Shown here piece after piece: positions 39,290 to 52,586 of a DNA stretch of 64,000 bases (position 1 is its first letter; each line of letters begins with the position of its first letter). The translations under genes and the position numbers were made by a program. The stretch is taken from NCBI RefSeq assembly GCF_964204645.1, contig NC_134029.1, positions 20,454,950 through 20,518,949 on the forward strand. Reading direction: 5' to 3'. The notes under the pieces were generated by a model that worked only from the letters and a program-made list of their open reading frames with translations, was not told where the DNA came from and did not search any database. The DNA is from Tubulanus polymorphus. Lineage: Eukaryota; Animalia; Nemertea.

Positions 39290-40779
39290 AACTCTCTTGA
39301 GAATTTGCTGACGAAAGCTTCAAGAGTCCCGCGACCACGAACAAACCTCATTTAGCGACCTCAGTCAAAACGCAAATTTCAAACTACCAATGACGAAATA
39401 AGATTTGACTGGTAATTCACGCACCGTTCACGGTTCGGTCGAGTTATTCAGCAATAAACTCTAGTTTACCTAGAGATTGTTGAAGACGTTTAGTAGCAGG
39501 CAAACTGCTCTGATGGATACCGGCCACTAAGTAACCGGTCATAAAAAAATTGTTAAAAGATAATAATTAATGATTTTCGCTGTGTGTGGGACTGCCTCCT
39601 CGGTGGCCTCACCTCCTCAGATGATTATCACCAATAAACGACTTTATTTCCCCAAATATCTTAAGTAGAACTGTGCTAATTGCTAATTACCATACTCGCC
39701 GACTTAATGAACGTTTTCTCCAATAGTGAAAGGATCGAAGAAAAACCTTTTAAAATGGCCGGGCTGGAAAATCTTCCAAGCAGATGCACATCTTTTAGTT
39801 ATTTGAGTATCTAGTTCAGTGGAGATAGAGCCTTTGTTTTTGCCCTCAACACACAACCAAAAATGCACACATACTAAACTATGATAACAGTTTGATTAAG
39901 ATGTAATCATTTAATAAGCCAGTTGTTTTCTGTAACTTCAATGATCAAGTGTTCATACCGTTTCAGTTTGAATTGGAGGATATACATAATGTAAAACCAC
40001 TAGAGGTATAATGCCTATCAGCAAAAAACTGCTATAATAATCTGTATCAGTATATTCAGTGGCAAAAGAAATGTGAAGATTGTACACTATCATATAAAGG
40101 AAGTCAAGACATTGTGACATTAAAGCTGGTAGGACATAGAGTACTACATGTATGTACAGTCCCAGCATTCTTATAGGGTTCATGCACTTCTGAGTACCGG
40201 CGTAATCTTCTTAGAACATTCACTGTTGTATGATAGACTGACCCAAAATAAGATTGGTATAATGGGAAATAAGCATGGTATAATGGATGATGAATTATCC
40301 AGGCTTAATTCTAGTTTAATCTTATGAACTTCGCCAAGCTAAGCTTTAATCATATACCATTAACTAGTAAATGAAGAATACACCAAACGAAGAGTAGAAA
40401 AGTAAAATCCATTCTTTTAGCCTTGTATCATAACATTAGCATTCGGAAGCCTAAAAATGCAATTAAAATTGATTGAAAATGAACAACTACTGACTCAATG
40501 CTACACCACTGATTGAGGGGAATCCCATTCAAAGATGATTGTGTACTAGTACATCACTGCTTCCCAAGTCTTATGGATCAACTGAGGTCGACTTTTGATA
40601 GATTTTTATTCACATTTCAAAAACAGAATACCGATAGCTGCTGCATACGTATACATCCAGTGCCACGTGTAAAATTGGCAACCGGTGAACTTGAAAGTCA
40701 GACTGGATTCGAGTTCATTAATATCACTGGTTCTTTTGTCATAATAAAGCCATAGTCGGCTGTCCATATTCAGTTCCTA

Positions 40780-43700
40780 TCAATCCCGACATGACGTTGT
40801 AAATTCCTTAATTATCTCTTGCAATTTTCGCTTATTTCCTCGAACTCTACAAAACATAATTTTGTATTCTATACATAAATATAAAAAAATTTGTATTTTA
40901 TACATACATGTAAAAATAATGATTTTCTGATAGATGATTTTCATAAATATATAAAATTTTGTATTTTATTCATAAATGAAAATATAATGATTTTCTGATA
41001 GATGTTTGAGCAAAGCTCTTGGATGTTAGCATTAAATATCTAATCCATCTTGGGCATTTCGGTTACGTCAACCGTCATGGAAATAATGTCTATTTCAACT
41101 TTGTTGAGAGGATGTCAGGTGGTAAGACTGCAATCCATCAATACAGTTTAAATGGGATTAAAAATCGATATTTTAGTTCAACTGCCCATCTGTGCTTATT
41201 ATTAGGTACATACTACCAAAACTACTGAGGATAGCATTTGATTTCTACATTATCTGTTGTATATTGTTTCCAAGATTATCAAGGTAAAATTGAGATATAA
41301 CTATACCTTAGCACAGATTGAACGAATTTCTCTTTATCATCTTGAGTAAGTTGAGGAGATGGGTATCCGTCTTGACTCAATAAATCATTCAGCCATTTAC
41401 GGAAATACTCGTTAAAATTTTTATTCAGTGCCTGCATTGTATTTGACACATGGTCATTACATCCACGATGCTGCTCTGCACCTATTTCCTAAACAAAGAA
41501 TGCAATAGATAGCTATTACATCTGAATCAATAAAACCCAAAATCAAAGTCCCTAAGCTGGTATATCTATATCATACCTGCAACAGTCTATCTAACAAACT
41601 TTGTCCATGATTCATTATGATTTCTTTTACTACAGGCAGTTTTTCATTGGCATTTATAAGTTCAGTCTGAAAATACGGGGTAAGCATGAAATCTGAGCTA
41701 AAGGGAACCAACGTACGTTAACATACAGTACGTTAACATACAGATACACAACTCGAATTTACATGGTTAAAAGAGAAGAAACTTATATTCAACGCCTCCC
41801 TGGGGTTAAATTAGACCTCAGTCACATTTACTAGGTTTGCAATAGATTTATATAGAGCGTCACAAGGAATTTAACTAGATATGTACAGAAATAACAAATA
41901 TTATTTGCAAAATGTACATAGATATGCAAAATACATTATCTATGTAGTTAACACTATTTACATACGGTAGACAAATGATCATACATTAGTTCAAGTAAGA
42001 TTGAATTAAAACGACGAAAAGATGTAGAAAGCTTACCAGAAAACAACAGCACGACTGAAAGGTATGATGTTCCGGCAAACATAATCCATACAAAGCTGTA
42101 AAACACCAGAATTACAAAATATGTTCCAATAATTTCAGGACCATTCACAATAAAATAATTTCACTTAACAATATATCCTGATGTTTGATATTCATTATTT
42201 CCGTGGTCCACACGATAGATTTGAGCCAAATAGAAAAGCCAAAATGATACCCAGAAGTGCACTACCAACAAAAGCCGCTATCATTAACGCCTTATTCATC
42301 TTACTGCACTTATGATCATTTTAAAAATCGAACTCAAACTGTGAGACTGGCATATTATCTACAGTCAGATCTCGATACAATGCCAACATCGCGGATTCTG
42401 GCGGTATAGAGAGTATGGCGGTTCATCGGGGTATTAGTTAAAGGAGCTCCTGCACCATCATGTCAGAGGTTTATTGTTTCCTAATAATCTAATAATAGTC
42501 GGGCATAATCCACGACCAACCCAAAAAACCTTTGAAAATTTTATGCTTTTTGTGCAATTCCCAAGCAAGGTAAAAGGCACAAAACTTTCACGACGGTAGC
42601 ACCCGTGCCTGGGTCATAAATGAGGCTGGTGACTGTAATGATCAGTGATTGTAAGATGAGCAGTGACTGTAATTCAATTCAGAATCACACCATGTGTTTA
42701 TAGAAAATCTACAAGCCTGGATCGATACAATATGCAAAATGAGTAACAAACCTGTTTGATATAGACCTAATACGTTACATCCTAAATCATTGAAAAAACC
42801 AGGACATTTTTTCAGTAACTGAAACAAATCAAATACAAATAATAGCCGATAATAAATTTATTCTAAACCCCAAAATCAATAGGGCACATCCTCCACCTAG
42901 GGGTAATGATACTATGTAATATCGATGTCCTGCTATCAATGGTTCTTCTTGAATCACGTTCACAAGGTTTCACATGAATGACTTCTAGTGACCTTGACCT
43001 TTGATCCTTGGACCCCAAAATCAATAGAGCACATCCTCTCCATATGGGAGTAATCGTAATATATAATATCATTGTCCCGCCAACAACGGTTCTACTTGAA
43101 TCGCGTTCACGAGCAGATGTAGACAGACGGAGACCATGTACCCCGCCCGCAACTACACCATGCAGGGGACAATAGAGGACCATGGGTCCAACAGGATTAA
43201 CTGAATTCAGTTTACCTTTGAGCACAAAAATTGATTTGTTCTGGGATTGTCTAGATTATCTTTGCAATATACGTATTAAGATAGAATCTTGGCTAAGTAA
43301 AGTTGAACGACAGTATCACTGTAGTAAGCAGGCTCAACTATGAATTGGTTTCCCAATGACCCACTGGCACAGGGCAGAACAATCAATACGATGTTTATTT
43401 TTTATTCTATACACATTGAGCTTGGATGTTGAAGTGGCTCACTTCCAGTGACATCATTATCAAGAAATAAGGTCAAGTTATGATTAGTAGAATGGAGAAA
43501 AATTCATCGAAATTTTGTTCATTTCCCATACTGATTCAAACACCAATTTCCCTTCTATTGACACAAGATAAGCTGTGTATATCCAATGGTTAGAATTTTT
43601 GCCACCAAGAGATAACAAAAAGTTACTCTCAGGACCGTTCTATAAAGATCAACATAGTTGATCCTAAAAATTTATTCATCGATCTAAAAAAAATTGAAAA

Positions 43701-46700
43701 CAGGCTTTGACAGAGAAGAACATGCAGACTTACCGCTTTTAGCATGGACATCACTGAATCTAGCACATCTGTGCATTCCCGTAATTGACCAGATTCCAAT
43801 AAACTTATCGTCTTCGATGTAACAGATAAGAATAATGCCCTCGTAGGTCCATTAACAATATCATCCGAAGAATACAAAATAAATAGCTGAAAAAAATGTA
43901 AACCTCATCAATACCATTTGAAAAAGATCTGCAATATTATCATGCCCAGGAAGGTGCTAAATTTTGCATTTGCCTTACTGTTTAGCCTTACTCATACGCA
44001 CGGTCATCATACCCATCATTTCAAAATTTTCATAAAATTGCCTATACCCTGTACCTGTTTACATAATTCGACTATAGAACCATACGGCTGGGTATTAAAC
44101 ATCGTGCCAACCATTTGGCATGTATCAGCAGCTAATGGGATAAAATCATCGATCAAAGAACGAACTGCTTGATGAAACATATCACAAAATGCCTGTAAAT
44201 AACAGATAGCATTGAACTGATAGCAATCATCAAGATTAGGACCTGTTTCCATATAGGCATAAACCTCAAATACAGTTAAATTTATGGACTCCAATCTTAA
44301 CTTTCGAACCAGACCCCACAGCATTTACAAAAGCGATTTTTGCTATCTTCAAAAAATAAATGACTAAATGCGCTATCAATGACCAGGTGTCAGTTGCTCA
44401 AAAGTTGGTTTAAGATAACCGGCGGATAAATACCATAGTAACAACGAAGTTTTTATTGTCTTTGTCAACTATCAATCACTTACCAGCTTTTGAGAAACTG
44501 GCGCCTTACTAATAAATCTAAGCACATTTTAGATATGACACATACCTCCATTACATCAGGGTCAGTGATCCATTTTTCTGAAATGACCTGCATCAGCCGA
44601 AAAAGTTCCTGTAAAATGATCATTACCTGTAATTAGGGGTCCAGGGACACCATGCCCACTTGGGAAGTGGCTCCAAATGCTCAACATTCTATCAGTTTCA
44701 ATATTCAATGCCCCCTGGCGACCATATACAAAACCCAATGACCTTGAAACTCACCACAATGGTAGAATATGTCAAGAGCTACAACTTTGCAATTGATTGT
44801 GGTTGCAAAATGAAAATTTTTCTCATCCCAGTTAGACAACTTCTAACTGTCATACAAGATCAGGGTATTTATAGCGGGGTTGTTAAAGCCAGCAGGAAAT
44901 ATTTTTAGTGCATATAAGAGACAATCGACCTCAGTAGTACATATAATAAGGTGTGATACTATAACATTATCAGTTCACAAGCCCAGTGACAAGCGGGTTC
45001 GAGTCCTGCTGGCTGCTAAAAGTTTGCGGGTTAGACTTTGAAGGCAGTCCCAATAGGGTTAGTCTTGGGAGACCAAGATTCGATTGATATAAATCAATAA
45101 AGCAAGATAAACAAACACGTACTGGTTGTAGTCCCTGCCTTTGTGCAGCACGTTTCTGGCCCTCCTCATCATCAGACTCATCATGATCTATGCTCAATGA
45201 TCCAAATAGTCCACTGATCATCTTCATTTTCAACAAAATGCCCGATTTCGTTGTAGCTGACTCAGGCTGGCTGACTAATGCTTGTAACTGTTGTATGTGT
45301 GGCAACAAAAATGCGTTTAAATACTGCATGATACCTTGTAATGGGCAGAAGGATAGTATATGTCCTATCGATGACATCAATTGAATTGATTCACAAGACT
45401 GAAATATATAAAATCAGCTGTTTAACCTTGGAGTAATCAATACAGTAACCTTGAAGGAAATTCGTACAGTGAATTATTTTCGGAAAATATTTGATACGAT
45501 ATGAAATACCTTTAAATCATTACACGAGAGAGCAGTCTGAAAATTGGAATAGATGAAATTAGTTCACAATTCATATATATTTATATTATCATTCACTACT
45601 ATTGCAATAATAATTCTGTCTGTTCCCACCCCTCAGCTAATTATCCTTACAAAACATCACCTTGTCTATGGACCGGACCCCAACGCATCTTTATTTGACA
45701 AAGAATTGCATGTTTAACATTTCATCGACATGAATGGATAATCAGATCATCCATACTTGTCGGGAGGGGGTGGGTATAGGTAGGTAGGAGGGGTTGAGTA
45801 TAGGTAGGTATCAGAGTAAAACCTGCATGAACTAAGTAGCTATACCCAATCACTATTCACAAAGAGAAGCTTCATCTAATAATAAAGAACCATTTAGCCT
45901 TTTTCCAGATTTAACTGCTAATTTTTTCGAAGCGTCTTAAACGGCTTCCCATTCATAATTGGGTAATGTCCATTCATGAATTTGCTTTTGGTTTTTTTTT
46001 TTTAAAGTTTTCTGAATGACGTTACCTACAATCATGGTGCAACGATTCTTAAAGGAGAGCAATGTTTTCAATAAGAGCCAGGTTCTACGTCCCAGACCCG
46101 TCTGTCTTTTGTAAAGGACCCGCCTGTTTTTTCCAACCCGCTTACGTTTCAGGGACTGTGACATATTATGGGACCCTCCTGTTTTTCAATGGGCCCTGAC
46201 TTGTTAATTTCTTATTGATAACACTGTAGAGTAACAAGATGAATAGATAATAGGTATTATCATACCTGACTAGTGGAAAGGATCTGTTCGACGTACAGAC
46301 CCATGTGTTCACGGCACTCACGAGTTATATCCGTCAAAGCAACCGAGGCATTGTGTGCTGAATCGGTTTTTTTCAAACCCTGCAAAAGCAAGGGTATCAC
46401 CAACGCCAGTATGTCGGGATGGGAGTTTAACCATTCGGAATAAGCACCTGAAAACAAAGTACGTTAATAGCAACCACAACATCTTAGCTGGATAGGTGGA
46501 CCTTAAAGCTGGAGAAAAGTGAAAATCCTATTTTCTTGTTTTCAAATTTTTGAACCCATACCCTATCAGACACTTGATCAATAAAAGGCCTCATTGACCA
46601 AAAGAAAAGACAATTTGTAATTTTTTCCTACTCAACGTGCTATGGTTATTACGCAAGTGTAATGGAGAACTTTTGACACTATACTGTAGCAATTAAGGAT

Positions 46701-49700
46701 CGGTAGTAGTAACTAAGTCTACGTTCACTTTCTTCTACATTTCAATCAAAACTAAACTTTTCTCTTGCGTAGGTCAATCATCAATGCAAAATTAACAAAT
46801 TACCAATAAGAAATTCAATCTAATATATATTTGGTGGGCTGTGCGATAGATATTCAAGATTCCAGAGCCTAAAAACCCGAAAATGAACTATTTCTGAAAC
46901 ATTAGACTACGGTAATACTCGTCATGCCAACTGCCGCTTCTACGGTCCCCCATACATAGTCGTACAACTTACCGATTAACTGCAGGGCAGTTGAGAATAA
47001 CTTGGGGTTATCAAAAGGCACAACAGGTAGCGATTTGAAAATTGTGGGCAAATATTCATTTTCTTCATGATCCACACATCCGGCAATTGACGACAACAGG
47101 AAGAAAGCGCTTTCAGCTTCCTGCCACTGAAGGGCTTCAGTTTTACTGTGTTCCACGAGGTCAGTTATCAATGAACACATAAAAGACATCAACGACTGCT
47201 GGAGAATATTATACGCGAACATCTGAAAGCATATATTCACAGAAACTATTTCAAGCAAACGATAATCTATCTACCGATTGCAATTTTACAGCTACGTGTA
47301 ACACAGATCAGTTGAGAGAAAGAAATATTATTCGAGTTAAAACATCGCCAAAATATGACGAGACTAAAAGGGCTTAACACAATCGATGCCACCCTGATAA
47401 TACAGTGCTGCCACCAATTGCCACTGTGAGTATACTCGTAGTTGGCACTCGGGCTTTTACAGCCTTTGTTCAAAATTGACCAAATGATCAAGGAAATGGA
47501 GCATTGCCAGCTAATCAGGAACTTATTACAAGCATGTTCGTAGCGGTAACGGTGGCAGAACCGGGGTGCGGTTTTATAGACCGGCATTACCTTTAACACG
47601 AGGGCTAACTGAATTGAAAATGAATTAAGTTAGCCCCCGGGTTCAAGGTAATACCAGTCTGTAAAACCAGCCCCTGATGTACAAGCATACTCATAGCTGT
47701 GAATGTGTTAGGTATATTTTCAAGATGACTTTAAGATGTATATGAATGAACTCATGGCTAACCATTGTATCTGCAATCTCTTGTCTGTGACACCGCAATT
47801 TTTCCTTTTCCTCTGTGAAAAAAAAACAACAGAAATTTCATAAGTGATTGTTTTGCCTGTGTGCCTAGTGTTATCATAAATTCAGAGAAAGATTGCGGAA
47901 TCGAGCTCAATTTTTCTTTTTCACACACATACAAATTTATGCACAAAATGCGTACAAATTTACCTGAATTCCATTGTTGTAGTTGAGTGTCATTGGGATG
48001 TTTAACTTTTTGTAGGAAGACACGGACTAATTCGACATAAACTGGTGCCAACTTGTCTTTATACACTTGGAATTTTTCACTGTCAGCTGCAGACATTATA
48101 TCATCCTGAATATCAATTAATCAGCATATCATTCACTGTTAAACATGGTTTGCTTCTTTGGTATGTACACAAAATAAAGTGTTTAAATCACATAAACCTG
48201 GCAGGCCAGTGTATACTGGTTTGATATTTATAATGCTCAGCCCTAGCGAGCCAGGTCACCAGCCTCCCACTGCTTCTGCTATTGTTAACATGTGATACTT
48301 GTCCCTAGCATCCAATACAAAATACATCTTTCTGTAGTTTTTACATGTGTGCAAAAAATGCGTACACAAACAAGTACGGGTATATATCAACATTTTTGTG
48401 TCTTTTGAGCCAAAATAATGACATCTTAGGAAGTAATATTCAATTGGAACAATAAGTAGAAGTAGGAACTTTGTGTTTTGGGGGTTAAATAAAGGATAAC
48501 CAACCTGTAGAGTGTACCAGAATCGTAACGTCATCTCACTGCATGTTTCATCACATGGATATTGTCCAGGCATCGCCGTACACCTCTAAAATTAACAGAT
48601 CAATAATTATAGAAACAACTATTATTTTTTTTTATATTTCCGTTTTTGTGTAAATGGAAGATCATGCTAGCTAGCACTGGTAGTTTTGAAGTTAAAAGAA
48701 ATTACATTTAACTAAGGTATCGAGCCAAGCAGAAAACATGATTCATCAAATGATTCAATTTAATGATTCATTATTAATGGACCATCAGAACTTACTAGAA
48801 CTAAACTTATTAAACTCATGGCTTGTGCGCTGACAGACTCACTACCAGTTATACACTCTAATAATAACATCGATTCACATTCCACTATAGTTATTATCAA
48901 CCTACATATTCCGATTTGCATTTCCTACAATGTGATGAATAAGTTTAATTAAAATTTGTCAAAACCTCTTTATAAATTGCTGAAATAAATGAAATCAAGA
49001 TGACTGCAAAGCAACCCTAAGTACATGTATACCAATTTCAATATGAATGTAAATTTCATTTTTTCTTTTGGTGAAAGGCCCTAGGGGATACATGTACAGA
49101 ATAGATCTTAATTGATCATAGCCTCTTCATCATTTCCTAGGAAAAATTGTGAAATGGGTAGTGCTAACTTTGCTGAACATACGTGGCCACAAGTTGGCCA
49201 TCTTGATCGAGCCAATTATTGGGCTGCAGATGTATCTAGTGTAGAGACATACAATATTGATAGATTTCTACAATTTTTGAGTGGAGGCTATCTTGTCATT
49301 TTGAGGGTTATTAATAAGTAGTACGATCCCAAGTTAATCCAGGTCATGAAAGATTTACTGATATGATACAAATAACAATGGATGTACTTAGAATTTGCTA
49401 ACACTTACAAAATCACTGGATTCTATAGATTTGGTCAGCAAATCATTCAACTGTAATATCGTAGGCAGCAATAATTTCACACACCTTGGATTTCTGAAAT
49501 GCAATAAAATACAAGACATGACAATATAAATATCGCGAAACCAATTAACACGTTTGCTGCCAATTACGAGAGATGTCTCGTAGTTCCGGTTCTGCCACCG
49601 TTGCCACTACAAGTTGTCATTGCTGATCCTCTTATTCAAAGCCAAACACATACAGCAAGGAAAATCAGCCAAAATGCTGTATATTTTGGTGATTTTCTGA

Positions 49701-52586
49701 ATACATGTTAAGCAGGTGTCTTCTTCAGAATTGCTCGACACGAATCAATAACTTATTTCACGAGGCAATTCTTCTGCCACATTCATGCAAATTAATCCTG
49801 GATTGACAAGATCAAATCATGAAGCACTGCTAGATTAAACCACTGGCTCGTGCCTTGCATCATGGTGTAAACCGGGAGCCTGAGGTTTTTAAAATCAAAA
49901 CGCTGTCTATCTTGATGCAGCATCTACTGAAGCCATGGAACATAAACCATGAAAAGAATAATCAAAGTTGAATGGAAAACTACAGGCACGAAACATTTCT
50001 AATGAATTGAGATCGATTTACTTTTAATCTATGTCTGCAATATATAACTACCACTCCTTATCGCTTGCGTTTGGCCTTAAAATTATCATACCTATATGAT
50101 CCTGGATGAGAAAACACATTCACTAAACATTCTATAGCGGTATCAAACAACTTTGCATCACCAAGAATTTTAAACACTTCCTCGATCAGTGACAAAGCAT
50201 CGGTCATTGGAACACCAAACTGCACCCACGCAGAAAAACAACGAATAGCTTGATTCATGATGTCGGGAGGGGTTGATGGTGTCATTGTATTCTGCAGTAG
50301 TGGCAACACTGAAATTAGAAATCATTTTATTTGGATGAGTGTTGTGATATACATGTAAATCTTTTTGTCTTTGCATCAGACAGTTTTTGACGCGTTTTTG
50401 TCTATCTCTTGTCCACAAAGTACATACATCTTTTTTAAAGAGACCCCTTTATTTAATTGCTAATGGCATCCTTGGCATTTGTACTATGAAATGGTATGGA
50501 CCTATACATCGGAAGAAATTAATTATTCTAAATGAAAACATGAACAAACCTTGTTGAAGCCCTTTCTCTAATTCAACTCGCACGGTTGATCTCCTCATTT
50601 TTGTCAGATTTGCTGTGAAAAACTAAAATAAACCAAATAAGATTCCATCCATGCACTGATAATTGTTTACCAGGTTTTTAATCAGAAACAAAACAAATTC
50701 GTTTTCAAAAACTAAGCACAAACCTCTTCTGGTAAAACTGTTAACAATTCTAACAATATACAACACGAACGACCAGCCTTTAAAATAATGGATACAAACT
50801 CATCAAAGAACACCCTTAAACGTGGGACGTAAACACACGAAAATAAGATCAATTACCTGTAATTGTGATTGCTGTAAGTGCTGAAATGTGGTGACCATTT
50901 CAGAGACTGCATTTGGCCACAGTTCCGGAGTAGCTTGAAAAGTCAACGCAGACAGCTGCATAGAAATCAAAACCAAATATCATCTCACAACATCTACACA
51001 AATTAAAGCAGATAAATAGTGGGGGGTCATATGATAATTTCCACACCTTCCTGACATGATATTTGGTCAGTGTCTTTCATCAGCTAATCAAAGGAATTTC
51101 CACTTTATGATAATCTGAATATAGGATCAGTTGTCGCATATTCATTGAGAGGTTTAGATCAGCAGCAGGTTCCATATTTCCAGCAGAGGCGACTGTCAAC
51201 AAGACAGGGATAACAAGCATTTAATCAAGGGGTGATAAACATGATATAGACCCTCCTTTCCTTTCATGCACATGTTAACATATGGACAGCACATTGTGGA
51301 ACTCACAGATCTGCACATTCTTGTTAATACATCATGTGGGCCATTGGCGTACTGCCGTATTTTGGCAAAAATCTTACGGCGTAGTTCTGGAACATGATCG
51401 GCAGGGACTTCATGCCTGAAAGTCCAAATATACAGACAATGAAGTTAAGAATCAAGCCAGCTTGTGTCCAATTTACGCAATTGAAGCGTACTCAATATTT
51501 GCCTTGAAAACTTCAAAAGCGTGTAAAGGTGCTGATTTTGGCGAACTAAAAGCCATCTTTATTCTGACCAGGCCAGTTTTTGGGCTGCAGATGTGTCTAG
51601 GTGGAAGCCAAATTGTAATTTCGGTTTAGTGTGGCAGGGTTCCGTGCCATGGCCAAGTTTAGCGATCTTATCAGGTTCGAATCCCTGCTGGGGGAGAATA
51701 TCTTATCTGTGCATGCTCATATACAACTTGAATGGATTAATAAATTACGGGTTAGAGCAGTGTTTAGGCTAAAAAAATGATACCTTGTTTCTCCACTCTA
51801 CTGAGCTTAAATGTTGACCCGACCGGCTGCCTATCTGCCCTATTTCAATAGAATAATAACTGAGAATTCCACCATGCTTGGACTTCACAGATCTATGCCT
51901 GGGCTTAAAAGCGTTTAAGATGCCAGTCGGTTTAAGTACCAGGCCATTTTTGAAGTGTAAATAATAAAACTCACCAAAATCTTGAGATCTTAATCTGTAA
52001 GCAATTCGCACCAAATAATTGTACTTCTTGGCTCTAGGAAATAAAAAAAAAAAAAAAAAAACATACTATGGGTAACATAGTCGCACTTGAATATGGTAAA
52101 TAGATTATAATATACCCGCAATATACAAATTTATAAGTTTAATTAGGGATCCAGGGATACCATACCAAGGGAAAATAAAAGTCTGGTATGGTAAAGATCA
52201 AAAGCATTCCCATCAAAAAATTAAATGTAATATGACCAACCATATGGTTACAGGCCTAAGAATTCAGACCTAACGCAAAAGGGCCATAGGAATTGGAATT
52301 TCATGTACACGAGGGCCATACCTTGTCTGGAGTGAGGAGCTGCCAGCTAAATGTCCACGCTTCAGGCGAGTTCTGCGCATGTGTTAACCAAGTGTCCGTC
52401 TCTTGTTGAATATTATCACAATAGAACTGTATCAGCGTATATGGAGAAGACAGATACATCATGCTATCAGGTATTTTAAAGGCCACACCCCAAACATGTA
52501 CCGGTATTAAAGTGCTTTGCTCGTGTAGTCTGAAGGTGTTTCTTCTCTTTTCTTACCTTTTCTACATTTTCTGCTGTAAACTCCAT
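40780..52586 (-). CDS. IPO13: Importin-13 (karyopherin-beta family), ~938 aa as read, 25 exons
   Basis: Exons 52586-52557, 52438(or 52426)-52322, 52033-51975, 51415-51307, 50955-50857, 50777-50724, 50622-50550, 50308-50092, 49493-49409, 48924-48796, 48585-48505, 48105-47964, 47812-47763, 47222-46973, 46447-46266, 45536-45510, 45398-45123, 44626-44546, 44192-44055, 43886-43734, 42818-42752, 42095-42037, 41666-41577, 41488-41307, 40846-40780. Motifs FTAENVEK, AWTFSWQLL, LLELLTVLPEEF, PGQYPCDET..FWYTLQDDI, IGAYSEWL..HP. See findings for two anomalies. Confidence 0.9.
40860..41004. repeat. AT-rich diverged tandem duplication in the last IPO13 intron
   Basis: TTTGTATT(T/C)TAT..CATA x3 and ATAATGATTTTCTGATAGATG x2. 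Confidence 0.75.
42866..43200. mobile_element. Interspersed repeat with TGACCTTGACCTTT core and ~145-bp tandem unit (Helitron/Helentron-associated type, tentative)
   Basis: CCCCAAAATCAATAG(G/A)GCACATCCTC repeated at ~42868 and ~43013; TGACCTTGACCTTTGA; ACAGACGGA tail. Confidence 0.5.
44386..44505. mobile_element. Harbinger-like MITE
   Basis: GGTGTCAGTTGCTCAAAAGTTGGT ... ACCAGCTTTTGAGAAACTGGCGCC inverted termini. Confidence 0.65.
47563..47674. mobile_element. Diverged copy of the 13921-14040 palindromic MITE
   Basis: GGTTTTATAGACCGGCATTACCTTTAAC ... GTTCAAGGTAATACCAGTCTGTAAAACC. Confidence 0.75.
51636..51770 (+). mobile_element. Possible tRNA-derived SINE fragment
   Basis: Pol III B box GGTTCGAATCCC (~51674) after an A-box-like TGGCCAAGT; no full tRNA cloverleaf. 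Confidence 0.35.

Noticed and set aside
44980-45020. GGGTTCGAGTCC B-box suggesting a tRNA (likewise ~51674 and ~63927)
   Set aside because: No cloverleaf can be built; at most SINE fragments.
49163-49235. AG/GT-bounded candidate IPO13 exon
   Set aside because: No similarity to importin-13, shares TGGGCTGCAGATGT.TCTAG with a repeat at ~51581, and exons 9 and 10 already join in phase without it.
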